Shown here: positions 16,665 to 26,576 of the stretch, piece by piece | Layout: each line of letters starts with the position of its first letter | Position numbering within the stretch: position 1 is the first letter of the stretch | IMG/VR virus record: IMGVR_UViG_3300034062_005355 | From: a virus | Taxonomy: Duplodnaviria; Caudoviricetes | Length of the DNA stretch: 64,000 nucleotides | Direction: 5' to 3' (one strand) | The notes under the pieces: model-generated | Database searches by the model: none | Seen by the model: the letters and a program-made list of their open reading frames with translations, nothing else | Told to the model about the DNA's origin: nothing | Program-made: the position numbers and the translations under genes

Positions 16665-18428
16665 GTGAATAGAGAACAACTTATTATAGAATTAACGAAG
16701 TGCATGAGGAATACTCCTTACGCACTTCGAACTTATTTACAGACATACGATAATACCGTATCAAAATACGTCCCATTAGATTTATTCCCAGACCAAGTTA
16801 GTTTAATTGAAGATTACGACAAATACAATGAGAACATTGCATTAAAGTATCGTCAGGCAGGTGTATCAACAGTAACCGCCGCTTGGATATCAAAAAAATT
16901 GGCATTTGCCCAAAAGAACAAACCTGAAAAAATCCTTATTATTGCCAACAAGTTAGACACATCAATGGAGATGGCTAACAAGGTTAGAGGGTTTACTGAA
17001 CAATGGCCCGCGTGGGTTGGTATTTCATTCTCAAAAGAAAAAAACTCCCAAAGACACTTTAAACTTAATAATAATTGTGAAGTTAAGGCTGTTGCAACAT
17101 CAAAAGATGCTTTGAGGGGTTATACTCCAACAATTCTTGTTTTTGACGAGGCGGCGTTTATTGAAGCGGACTCAGATTTTTGGTCTGCGTGTATGGCATC
17201 CCTATCAACAGGGGGTAAAGTAATTGTAGTATCTACTCCAAACGGATATGACCAAATTTACTATGAGATTTACGACCAATCATTAAGGAATATGAATGAT
17301 TTCAAAATATCTGAGATGTTTTGGTATCGTGACCCAAGATATACAAAAGATTTGTATATGGTTAAAACAAACGATTTGGTTCATTTTTTATTAAATAGAG
17401 AAGAATATACTGATAAGGATATTATTAACTTGTCAATGGAAAATCCATATGACAGAGACCATTCAATCGTAACTGATTACATTAGTCAGGGATATAAACC
17501 ATGTTCATCATGGTTTGAAAGTATGGTTAAGAAGTTAAAGTTTGACCGAAGAAAAGTTGCTCAGGAATTGGAATGTAACTTCTTGGGTTCAGGTGATAAT
17601 GTATTTGAATCAGAATTGATGCAAGGTATTGCCAAAAATACTTTACGTGAGCCTCAAGCTAAACTTATGGGTGGTTCATTATGGATATTTAAAGAACCCG
17701 TAAACGGTCACAAATATGTAATGGGTGTGGATGTATCAAGAGGTGACTCTGAAGACTTCTCGTGTATTCAAATCATTGATTTTGATGAAAGAGAACAAGT
17801 GTTAGAATACGTTGCAAAAATCCCACCTGATGTATTAGCAGAAATTGCATATAAATGGGGAACAATGTATAATGCTTATTGTGTTATTGACATCACAGGT
17901 GGTATGGGTATTTCTACTGCAAGAAAGTTACAAGAGTTAAATTATCAAGCTGGATTATATGTTGATAATGTTGATACAAGTAATAAGTGGAAATGGGACC
18001 CAAAAATAAATGATAAAATACCAGGGATTAATTTTAATTCAAAAAGAGTTCAAATTATTGCAGCGTTTGAAGAGGGTGTAAGGCATGGGTTTAAAGTATA
18101 TTCAAATAGATTATACAATGAAATGAATACATTTATTTATATCAATGGAAGACCTGACCATCAAAAAGGACATCACGATGACTGTATTATGGGTGTTTCT
18201 ATGGCATTATATGTTGCAGAAAAATCATTCCAATCTTTAGAAAAAGTTACGAATCATACAAAGGCGATGATAAATTCATGGGCAACAACTGTGAATGAAA
18301 ATAAAAACTCTTCCGACTTTTTTAATCCAATGGTTCCACAAATGGGAAGAGACAATAATTTAAATAATAATGGGGCTGCAACTAAGGCCGACTATCAAAA
18401 ATACGGTTGGTTATTTGGATCTCGTTAA
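16665..18428 (+). CDS. terL: Terminase large subunit (T4 gp17-like)
   Basis: KYRQAGVST Walker A, ILVFDEAAF Walker B, VSTPNG coupling motif, nuclease GVDVSRG and HDDCIM. Confidence 0.93.
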   Translation: MNREQLIIELTKCMRNTPYALRTYLQTYDNTVSKYVPLDLFPDQVSLIEDYDKYNENIALKYRQAGVSTVTAAWISKKLAFAQKNKPEKILIIANKLDTSMEMANKVRGFTEQWPAWVGISFSKEKNSQRHFKLNNNCEVKAVATSKDALRGYTPTILVFDEAAFIEADSDFWSACMASLSTGGKVIVVSTPNGYDQIYYEIYDQSLRNMNDFKISEMFWYRDPRYTKDLYMVKTNDLVHFLLNREEYTDKDIINLSMENPYDRDHSIVTDYISQGYKPCSSWFESMVKKLKFDRRKVAQELECNFLGSGDNVFESELMQGIAKNTLREPQAKLMGGSLWIFKEPVNGHKYVMGVDVSRGDSEDFSCIQIIDFDEREQVLEYVAKIPPDVLAEIAYKWGTMYNAYCVIDITGGMGISTARKLQELNYQAGLYVDNVDTSNKWKWDPKINDKIPGINFNSKRVQIIAAFEEGVRHGFKVYSNRLYNEMNTFIYINGRPDHQKGHHDDCIMGVSMALYVAEKSFQSLEKVTNHTKAMINSWATTVNENKNSSDFFNPMVPQMGRDNNLNNNGAATKADYQKYGWLFGSR

Positions 18429-18465
18429 CTATTTATATTATCAAGGTAATTAGTAAATTTAACAT

Positions 18466-20334
18466 ATGAGCGATAATAATCTTACGGTATGGCAGAGGCT
18501 GTCAAAAACATTTGGACCTAATTCATTATTAAAACAAGATTATCCAACTTTTAAGTTTGATAAGAAAGAACTTTTGCGTACTCCAAATCGTGATGATTAT
18601 GAAAGAGAAAAACTTCAAGCGCAACAAACATTTTATTTAACAAACCAATGGGCTAAGGTTGAAAACAACCTATATTCTCAAGCCATTTACTATGAACCAT
18701 CAAGATTATCTGCTCAGTACGATTACGAATCAATGGAGTACACTCCTGAGATTTCAGCCGCATTAGACATATATTCTGAAGAATCTACAACAACAAATGA
18801 AGATGGTTTTATCCTTCAAATTTATTCTGAATCAAAACGTATTAAATCTGTATTAGCCGATTTATTCAACAACGCACTTGATATTAACACCAACTTACCA
18901 ATGTGGACAAGAAACACTTGTAAGTATGGTGATAACTTTGTTTATCTTAAATTAGACCCTGAAAAGGGTATTATTGGTTGTCAACAATTACCAACAATTG
19001 AAATTGAACGTCATGAGGTTGGAGTTAGCGCAAAAATTACTGTGGATATTACACAAGAAAAAGATGAGAATAAAAAGGCTCTTCATTTTACTTGGAAAAA
19101 CAGAAATATGGAATTCCAATCATGGGAAGTTGCTCACTTTAGATTATTAGGTGATGACCGAAAACTTCCTTATGGCACTTCCATGTTAGAAAAGGCAAGA
19201 CGTATATGGAAACAATTATTGTTATCTGAAGATGCAATGTTAATCTATCGTACATCAAGAGCACCTGAAAGAAGAATGTTTAAAGTCTTTGTCGGTAACA
19301 TGAATGATGATGATGTTGAAGCATACGTAAACCGTGTTGCAAACAAATTCAAAAGAGAACAAATTGTTGACGCTAAAACAGGAAATGTTGATATGAGGTT
19401 TAACCAAATGGCTGTAGATCAAGATTATTTTATCCCTGTTCGTGACCCAGCCGCGCCAGACCCAATTACAACATTACCAGGAGCAACTAACTTATCAGAG
19501 ATTGCCGATATAGAATATATCCAAAAGAAATTATTAACAGCTCTTCGTGTTCCTAAAGCATTTTTAGGTTTTGAAGAAGTTGTAGGTGATGGTAAAAATT
19601 TATCATTACAAGATATTCGTTTTGCTCGTACAATCAACAGAATTCAAAAAAGTATGATTGCCGAGTTAAATAAAATTGCAATTGTTCATTTATTCTTATT
19701 AGGGTTTGAGGACGAGTTACAAAACTTTACATTAGGTTTGTCTAACCCATCTACACAAGCAGACTTATTAAAAATTGATGTATGGAAAGAAAAAGTTTTA
19801 TTGTATAAAGATTTAGTTTCAGATCCAGGAAACGGTATTCAACCTACATCTTCTACTTGGGCTAAGAAACACATCTTTAATTGGTCTGACGAAGAAATTA
19901 GATTAGATTTACAACAACAAAGAATTGAAAGAGCTGTTGGTGAAGAACTTAAAGCAACTCCTACAGTTATCACTAAGACAGGTTTATTTGATAATATAGA
20001 TAAACTTTATGGTAATACCACAGGAGGTACCGCAACAACCGCAGCAACAACTACAGGTGGTGAAGAATCATTTGGAGGTGGAGCAGGATTTGAAACCGCA
20101 CCACCACCTGCGGGAGGTGGAGAAGAAGTTGCACCACCAGCTGAAGGTGGGGCACCTGAAGGTGGGGCACCTGAAGGTGGAGAAGCCGCAGTTACTCCAG
20201 AATCAAGAATGAAAAACATGAATTTATTGATTGAAAGTAACTTATTAGAGGGGTCAACATTTTTAGATTTAGGTCAAGGTCAACAATCTTTAGGAGAAAT
20301 TTCAAAAGAATTGGATAAGTTACTAAACTCCTAA
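18466..20334 (+). CDS. Portal protein (T4 gp20-like)
   Basis: LIYRTSRAPERRMFKVFVGNM, QDYFIPVR, IEYIQKKLLTALRVP; follows terL; Gly/Pro/Glu-rich tail. Confidence 0.92.
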   Translation: MSDNNLTVWQRLSKTFGPNSLLKQDYPTFKFDKKELLRTPNRDDYEREKLQAQQTFYLTNQWAKVENNLYSQAIYYEPSRLSAQYDYESMEYTPEISAALDIYSEESTTTNEDGFILQIYSESKRIKSVLADLFNNALDINTNLPMWTRNTCKYGDNFVYLKLDPEKGIIGCQQLPTIEIERHEVGVSAKITVDITQEKDENKKALHFTWKNRNMEFQSWEVAHFRLLGDDRKLPYGTSMLEKARRIWKQLLLSEDAMLIYRTSRAPERRMFKVFVGNMNDDDVEAYVNRVANKFKREQIVDAKTGNVDMRFNQMAVDQDYFIPVRDPAAPDPITTLPGATNLSEIADIEYIQKKLLTALRVPKAFLGFEEVVGDGKNLSLQDIRFARTINRIQKSMIAELNKIAIVHLFLLGFEDELQNFTLGLSNPSTQADLLKIDVWKEKVLLYKDLVSDPGNGIQPTSSTWAKKHIFNWSDEEIRLDLQQQRIERAVGEELKATPTVITKTGLFDNIDKLYGNTTGGTATTAATTTGGEESFGGGAGFETAPPPAGGGEEVAPPAEGGAPEGGAPEGGEAAVTPESRMKNMNLLIESNLLEGSTFLDLGQGQQSLGEISKELDKLLNS

Positions 20335-20358
20335 TATTTATATTGAAAACACACCATA

Positions 20359-21057
20359 ATGACTTTCGGAAAAATCAAATCCATAATTGAAAACAATCTA
20401 ATTGAATCCTACAAAGATGAAAAGGAATTCAAGAAATCGCTAAAAGAATTCAAACATAATGTTTTGAACAACAAAACCATGTCTAAATTGTATTCTTTAT
20501 ACGAACAATTGAGCACACCTCAAGGACTAAACGAATCTGACGCTAAAGACTTTTTAGAAGAAGGTATTAGTTTAATCCAACAATTACTGCCAAGTATTAA
20601 ATTACCAAAACCTTTATCAGAGAATGTTAAGAACAAATATTCTGACATTGATGCTCTTGTCTATACAAATAAATTAAATTTGTTAGAGAGAGTAAATTCT
20701 AAAAAAAATATTACAAGTGTGTTAACCTCAACAAATGATATTGTTAAAGAATCTATTAATATTCCATTGAAATCAATGGTTAGTATTGCAAATCAAACTT
20801 TAAACAAATATGTCGATAATCTTGATGAGTCATCTAAAAAAGAATTCCTTCAATTAATCTCTGAAGATTCTAAATCTCTTGAAGACAAATTTGAAACTAT
20901 TCGTGAAAGTGCTATTGGCAAACTTAATATCATCTTAGAAAAAGAAGAGGAGTTTGAATTAAAGACAAAATTGTCTGAAACCATAGATAGGTTAAAAACT
21001 GAAAAGTTTGACCAATTGAATTTCCTTAAGTTAAAGAACTTGGAAGAATCAATTTAA
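20359..21057 (+). CDS. Hypothetical protein in the head module
   Basis: 232-aa helical ORF with TATTTATA upstream. Confidence 0.8.
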   Translation: MTFGKIKSIIENNLIESYKDEKEFKKSLKEFKHNVLNNKTMSKLYSLYEQLSTPQGLNESDAKDFLEEGISLIQQLLPSIKLPKPLSENVKNKYSDIDALVYTNKLNLLERVNSKKNITSVLTSTNDIVKESINIPLKSMVSIANQTLNKYVDNLDESSKKEFLQLISEDSKSLEDKFETIRESAIGKLNIILEKEEEFELKTKLSETIDRLKTEKFDQLNFLKLKNLEESI

Positions 21058-21237
21058 AGAATTTTTTACTTTTTGAACATACGACGCTTTTAATATTTGA
21101 GATCGTCTTACCACAGATTTTTTAACAAATTCTTTTTTTTCAAATAGAATTTGATTTTGTTTAGTTTTAATAACTTTAGATTTTAAAGTTTTTAAGGCCT
21201 TTTCTATTCCGTCTTTTTTTATTTTTACTATTAGCAT
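21049..21237 (-). CDS. rpsU: Ribosomal protein bS21 homolog (62 aa, start 21237)
   Basis: MLIVKIKKDGIEKALKTLKSKVIKTKQNQILFEKKEFVKKSVVRRSQILKASYVQK fits the Bacteroidota-type bS21 pattern (IEKALK..K.K...EF.K.S..RR). Confidence 0.85.
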   Translation of the reverse strand: MLIVKIKKDGIEKALKTLKSKVIKTKQNQILFEKKEFVKKSVVRRSQILKASYVQKVKNSLN

Positions 21238-21335
21238 ATTATTACAAATATCACAATTTTTTAAAAATTTTTGACAATGGGTATAATTTGTGTTATGTTT
21301 TAACAAACAATAAACATTGACATCAATGAAATTTA

Positions 21336-21767
21336 ATGAAAAAAGGAAAAAGTGTAAAGTTAAATCTATTCAGTCCGATAAAATCGGTGTATGGTACTGT
21401 AGATTCTAAAAATTTAAAATCATTATACATAAACATTCAATCATGGGTATCTCCCAAATTTGACCACGACAATTGGAATAGGGTCGTGTGTAATTTAAAC
21501 CGAGAAATCAAACATTCCGTATTTAATTCAATTGATACAAGTCTTTTTAAAGAAAATAGTATTGTTGATTTGGATTTAAGAACAAGTGGGATATCCCACG
21601 GAAAAAAATCATTTTTTAATTTAGAAGTTAATTTATATACCAACCAAGAATTTGATTTTAAATCTATCGAATTAAAAGAATCGGTTAAAAAAATAGTAAG
21701 AAGTATTATAAGGGATAATGTTATTGAAAACAAATACTTTGATTTTTCAGTGTCAAAAACTAAATAA
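21336..21767 (+). CDS. Hypothetical protein
   Basis: 143-aa ORF. Confidence 0.8.
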   Translation: MKKGKSVKLNLFSPIKSVYGTVDSKNLKSLYINIQSWVSPKFDHDNWNRVVCNLNREIKHSVFNSIDTSLFKENSIVDLDLRTSGISHGKKSFFNLEVNLYTNQEFDFKSIELKESVKKIVRSIIRDNVIENKYFDFSVSKTK

Positions 21768-21812
21768 AAACAATAAATAACTCCTTTGATATATTTATCT
21801 TAAAAACTATTA

Positions 21813-22535
21813 ATGAAACAATTAAGAATTTTAGAAGCAAGTGAAGTCGGTCATGGCATATTAATTGAGACGGATGCGGGTTGGGTTTCTCCAAAAGACA
21901 TACGTAATTCCGAAATGTTAAAGGAAGCAACTAACTTAGATTATAGAAATCCATTTGAATTTTATGCCGTATTACAAAAGTACGATACTCCAAATAGAAA
22001 CGGAAGATTTTATCCTGAAAGAATATTAAAAAGAGAAGCTGAAAACTATAAGAAGGCAATAGCCAAGGGACTATCAACTTCAGAACTTAACCACCCTGAA
22101 TCATCTTTAATTGATTTAGATAGAGTAGCACATATCATTACTGATATATGGTGGGATAAAAATATCCTAATGGGTAAACTTAAATTATTAACATCACCAG
22201 GATTCCATGAAAGAGGTATTGTTTCAACAAAAGGAGACCAAGCAGCTAACTTAATGAGACAAGGTGTAACCATGGGAGTTTCTTCAAGAGGAGTCGGTTC
22301 CTTAAAAAAGGTTGGAGAAAGAAATGAAGTACAAGAGGATTTTGAATTAATTTGTTTTGACTTAGTGTCTTCACCATCTACACCAGGAGCTTATTTATTT
22401 ACTAATCCTGAAGATAGAAACAAGTATGAAGAAAACTTAGAAGAAGAAAAAAGACATAAAACACCAGAAAATTCAGAATTCCAATCCAAAGGAGTTGACT
22501 TAATGAGAAAATTAACCGATTATTTGGGAAAATAA
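21813..22535 (+). CDS. Prohead core protease (T4 gp21-like)
   Basis: NRNGRFYP, ELNHP, GVSSRGVGS, FDLVSSPSTPGA. Confidence 0.93.
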   Translation: MKQLRILEASEVGHGILIETDAGWVSPKDIRNSEMLKEATNLDYRNPFEFYAVLQKYDTPNRNGRFYPERILKREAENYKKAIAKGLSTSELNHPESSLIDLDRVAHIITDIWWDKNILMGKLKLLTSPGFHERGIVSTKGDQAANLMRQGVTMGVSSRGVGSLKKVGERNEVQEDFELICFDLVSSPSTPGAYLFTNPEDRNKYEENLEEEKRHKTPENSEFQSKGVDLMRKLTDYLGK

Positions 22536-22543
22536 AAATAATT

Positions 22544-22753
22544 ATGGAAGAAAAATTTTTTGTAGCGAAAGTTCAGTACGATTTACCTGATGAAAACAGC
22601 GGTAAAATTAAAAAAATCAGAGAAGAAAAACTTGTAAGAGGATATTCTGTTACCGATGTAGAAGCAAAGGTTACGGCAAAATATGAAGGTTTTACTCATG
22701 ATTGGAGAATTACTTCAGTATCCGAAAGTAAAATAGATGAAGTTATTAAATAA
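22544..22753 (+). CDS. Small protein, DUF4494-like
   Basis: FFVAKVQYD...GKIKKIREEKLVRGYSVTDVEAKV resembles the DUF4494 pattern. Confidence 0.5.
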   Translation: MEEKFFVAKVQYDLPDENSGKIKKIREEKLVRGYSVTDVEAKVTAKYEGFTHDWRITSVSESKIDEVIK

Positions 22754-22775
22754 TTGATTTAAATTCAATTTATCT

Positions 22776-22806
22776 AAAGTGGTCAATTTTGACCACTTTT
22801 TTTTTG
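22776..22806 (+). terminator. Intrinsic terminator
   Basis: aaagtggtca-attt-tgaccacttt plus T run. Confidence 0.85.
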
Positions 22807-22953
22807 CTCGAACATATTTATATGTTGATATAATATTGTATTTCCACAAAATTATTAATCATAAAACATTAAAAAATAAAAGATATATAATTAAAAAACG
22901 ATATTTTTTGTTTTTTGGTAATATTTATTAGTTAAAATAAATAGATTTTCTAT

Positions 22954-24531
22954 ATGAAAGAAAACAAATTAGTTCAAGAGGCTCTTATTCAAATGAAACA
23001 AGTTGAAGAAGCTATAGCCGCAAATGCAAAAGGAATACTTGCTTCTACTATGAAGGAAGAAATCAATCAACTAGTAAAAGAATCTCTTTCCGAGCAATCT
23101 GACGAAGATGAGGTTGAATTAGATGCTGACATGGATATGTCCGCTGATAATGATGAAGTAGACATGGATATGGACATGGAATTGGATGATGAATCTGACG
23201 ATATGGAAATGGACTTTGGTATGGATTCAGACGAAAGTCCAATTGATTTAACTGATGCTTCTGACGAAGAAATTTTAAAAGTATTCAAAGCTATGGGTGA
23301 AAATGACGGAATCATCGTTAAAAAAGACGGTGAAAATGTTCATTTAACTGATAATGATGCTGATGTAGAATATCTTGTTAAGCTTGGTGAATCTGAAGAC
23401 GACATGATGGAAGATGATATGATGTCTGATGATATGATGGAAGATGATATGATGTCGGATGATGGAGAATTTGATGAATCAGTTGATGATGTTATTGATG
23501 CTATTTTTAGTGGAAATATGTCAAAAGTAGATTCTAAAGATATGTCTGAAGAGGATGAAGAAGTTGTTTACGAAATCACATTAGATGACGATTCTGAAAT
23601 GATGGAAGAAGATGACATGGAAGATTCTGAAATGATGGAAGAAGATGACATGGAGGATTCTGAAATGATGGAAGAAGATGACATGGAGGAAGATGACAAC
23701 ATGATGGAATCTAAAAACACAATTAAACCTAAAGGTGTTGGTATGGGTAAACCTAAATTTAGTTACAAGAAAACAACAGGTGGATTTAAAGAAGACATGA
23801 AACAAGGTCCTAAATCTGTTGGTACTGGTAAAGCTAAATTTGATTACAAAAAAGGTGCTAACATGGAAGGTAAATCTAAAGTTGTTAAAGCTGAAACTAA
23901 GGAAGGTAATTACGGAATGAATAAGGGTGAAAAATCTAAAACCATGAAAGGTAAAGAAGATTACACCACTAAAAAAGGTATGACAAATTCTAAAGGAGAA
24001 AAGGCTTTTGAAAAAGAAGAGACCAAAGAAGCTGCAAGAACTTATGGTATGGGTTCTAAAGAAGGTCGAGGTTTAAGAAAGGGCATCACTAATAACAGAA
24101 ACTATGTTTATGGTAAAAATGGTGTTAAAGTTGAATCCACACAAGAAGAAGTTAGAATGTTGAGAGAAAAGAATGAAGAATACAGAAAAGCATTAAATGT
24201 TTTCAGAGAAAAACTTAATGAAGTTGCGATCTTTAATTCAAACTTAGCTTACGCTACAAGATTGTTCACAGAACACTCAACTACTAAAAAAGAAAAAATA
24301 AACATCCTAAGAAGATTTGACAATGTTCAAACTTTAAAAGAATCTAAAAGTCTTTATAAGTCAGTCAAAGACGAATTATCTAAGGTAGATACAAAATCAA
24401 TTAATGAATCAGTAGGTGCAAAATTAAATAAAACAGTAACTACAGGTTCATCAACTACTCTAATTGAATCAAAAACTTATGAAAATCCTCAGTTCTTAAG
24501 AATGAAAGATTTAATGGGTAAATTAGGGTAA
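22954..24531 (+). CDS. Prohead core scaffold-like protein (T4 gp22 position)
   Basis: Between protease and capsid; very acidic middle, coiled-coil C-terminus (NEVAIFNSNLAYATRLF). Confidence 0.75.
   Translation: MKENKLVQEALIQMKQVEEAIAANAKGILASTMKEEINQLVKESLSEQSDEDEVELDADMDMSADNDEVDMDMDMELDDESDDMEMDFGMDSDESPIDLTDASDEEILKVFKAMGENDGIIVKKDGENVHLTDNDADVEYLVKLGESEDDMMEDDMMSDDMMEDDMMSDDGEFDESVDDVIDAIFSGNMSKVDSKDMSEEDEEVVYEITLDDDSEMMEEDDMEDSEMMEEDDMEDSEMMEEDDMEEDDNMMESKNTIKPKGVGMGKPKFSYKKTTGGFKEDMKQGPKSVGTGKAKFDYKKGANMEGKSKVVKAETKEGNYGMNKGEKSKTMKGKEDYTTKKGMTNSKGEKAFEKEETKEAARTYGMGSKEGRGLRKGITNNRNYVYGKNGVKVESTQEEVRMLREKNEEYRKALNVFREKLNEVAIFNSNLAYATRLFTEHSTTKKEKINILRRFDNVQTLKESKSLYKSVKDELSKVDTKSINESVGAKLNKTVTTGSSTTLIESKTYENPQFLRMKDLMGKLG
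23590..23688 (+). repeat. 33-nt tandem repeat x3 (DSEMMEEDDME)
   Basis: Read directly; near-identical units. Confidence 0.85.
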
Positions 24532-24575
24532 CAAATAAAAATTTTAAATAAACTAAAAACAAAACAAAAACTAAA

Positions 24576-26381
24576 ATGGGAGCATTATTAGAATCAGGTC
24601 TTGTTGGTAATATCGGGTTAAAACACCTTAAAGTTATCAAGGAAGACACAATCAACAAATGGGACAAATTAGGCTTTTTAGAAGGTCTTAAAGGTCACAT
24701 GAGAGAAAACGTAGCTCAATTATACGAAAACCAAGCATCATTTTTAATTAATGAAGCATCATCTACATCTGATACAGGTGCATTTGAAACAGTGGTTTTC
24801 CCAATTGTTAGACGTGTATTCTCTAAATTATTAGCAAACGACATCGTTTCAGTACAAGCTATGAACTTACCTATCGGTAAATTATTCTACTTTGTACCTA
24901 ACATTCAAGCGTACACTGACCCTGCAAACTTGGCAACAACGGGTATTCACTACGCACCGTATGGTTCACCAAACGCGGCTGCTGACCAAACACCTAACAG
25001 TGGTTACGACTACAACAACACTAAAGACCTTTACGATAGATTCTACGAAGGTAACGAACCAGCATTAGACCCACCAGGTTTATTTGACTATTCTAAAGGA
25101 CAATATTCTGCAATTACAGCTAGCGTTGCTACTGTAGCTTGGGATGCTGACCAATTAGTTGGTTCGGCTTATACTGAATCTGATTACAGAAAAGTATTAA
25201 TCGCTATGTCAGGTTTCGCATCTGATGGAGCAGGTAAATTAATCGGTCCTGATGGTCAACCAATGGATAACGAAGCTTTCTTATCTGATTTGACAATCTA
25301 CGGAGCTGCTGGAAACGTTTATACTTCAGCAAACACTGCAAACCCTTATTTATTCAGAGTTGTAACTCAAAGATATGGTAAAGGTATTGTACAATATGGT
25401 AACAACAATTCTACGTTAGTATTCCCTAACAGTAAAACTGATGGTGGTCAATATGACAACTTGTGTGATGCTGCGGGTGTTATCTACTTAGAAGTTGATT
25501 TACAAGTACCAGTATGTATCACTTGTGGTGGTTCTATGGACGGTTACACAGGTTCAACATTCTCTTCATCAACTGCAACTAATAACGCGTTTACATCTAC
25601 TTACAGAATCTACAAAAACTTAGAATTTGAAGATAGAATTGGTGAGGTATCGTTTGACCTTATGTCAGTAACAGTTTCTGTAACTGAAAGAAAATTAAGA
25701 GCTCAATGGTCTCCAGAAATGGCACAAGACGTTGCAGCGTTCCACAACATTGATGCTGAAGCTGAATTAACAGCTTTATTATCTGAACAAGTTGCGGCTG
25801 AAATTGACCGTGAAATCTTAAGAGATTTACGTAAAGGTGCAGCTTGGAACTTAAGATGGGACTACAATGGTTGGAAGCGTCTGGGTTCAAGTGCAGTTCC
25901 TTACACTCAAAAAGACTGGAACCAAACTTTAATCACAGCAATCAACCAAATTTCAGCACAAATCCACAAATCTACATTAAGAGGTGGAGCAAACTGGATT
26001 GTTGTTTCTTCTGAAATCAGTGCAATCTTTGATGACTTGGAATATTTCCACGTATCAAACGCGGCTCCTGAGCAAGACCAATACAACATGGGTATTGAAA
26101 GAGTTGGTACATTAGCTGGTCGTTACCAAGTTTACCGTGACCCTTACTTCCCACCAAACCAAGTGTTAATGGGACACAAAGGAACATCATTGTTAGACAC
26201 AGGTTACATCTACGCACCTTACGTACCTCTACAATTAACTCCAACTATGTACAATCCGTTCAACTTTACACCAATCAAAGGTATCATGACTAGATACGCT
26301 AAGAAAATGGTGAATAACAGATTCTACGGACGTATCACAGTTGATGGTGTTAGAACATTTGACTTAAGAGAATTGAGATAA
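24576..26381 (+). CDS. Major capsid protein (T4 gp23-like)
   Basis: VQAMNLPIGKLFY, RKLRAQWSPEMAQDVAAFHNIDAEAELTALLSEQVAAEIDREIL, YAPYVPL, GIMTRY. Confidence 0.96.
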   Translation: MGALLESGLVGNIGLKHLKVIKEDTINKWDKLGFLEGLKGHMRENVAQLYENQASFLINEASSTSDTGAFETVVFPIVRRVFSKLLANDIVSVQAMNLPIGKLFYFVPNIQAYTDPANLATTGIHYAPYGSPNAAADQTPNSGYDYNNTKDLYDRFYEGNEPALDPPGLFDYSKGQYSAITASVATVAWDADQLVGSAYTESDYRKVLIAMSGFASDGAGKLIGPDGQPMDNEAFLSDLTIYGAAGNVYTSANTANPYLFRVVTQRYGKGIVQYGNNNSTLVFPNSKTDGGQYDNLCDAAGVIYLEVDLQVPVCITCGGSMDGYTGSTFSSSTATNNAFTSTYRIYKNLEFEDRIGEVSFDLMSVTVSVTERKLRAQWSPEMAQDVAAFHNIDAEAELTALLSEQVAAEIDREILRDLRKGAAWNLRWDYNGWKRLGSSAVPYTQKDWNQTLITAINQISAQIHKSTLRGGANWIVVSSEISAIFDDLEYFHVSNAAPEQDQYNMGIERVGTLAGRYQVYRDPYFPPNQVLMGHKGTSLLDTGYIYAPYVPLQLTPTMYNPFNFTPIKGIMTRYAKKMVNNRFYGRITVDGVRTFDLRELR

Positions 26382-26407
26382 TCAATATCTTATATTAGAT
26401 ACCAAAG

Positions 26408-26439
26408 AAAAGGGAGACAAGAAATTGTCTCCTTTTTTT
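26408..26439 (+). terminator. Intrinsic terminator after major capsid gene
   Basis: ggagacaa-gaaa-ttgtctcc plus T7. Confidence 0.9.
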
Positions 26440-26576
26440 ATTTACAGAAAATTCAAATTGTTTATATTTATTTTTAGATTTTAGTTTATCAGTCCCCAGC
26501 CATAACAAGCTGTTGAGTATTCACGGACACGAAGGTATTGGTAACATAGTCATTAACTATTATAAAATTAAAGAAA

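Noticed and set aside
21271-21299. Sigma70-like TTGACA-N17-TATGTT upstream of 21336
   Set aside because: A single weak -10 match in very AT-rich DNA, and the other promoters here follow the Bacteroidota consensus.
16665-26381. Intein or intron in terminase, portal or capsid (capsid is 601 aa)
   Set aside because: No intein C...HN ends, no LAGLIDADG blocks and no frame breaks; the extra length looks like an ordinary insertion domain.
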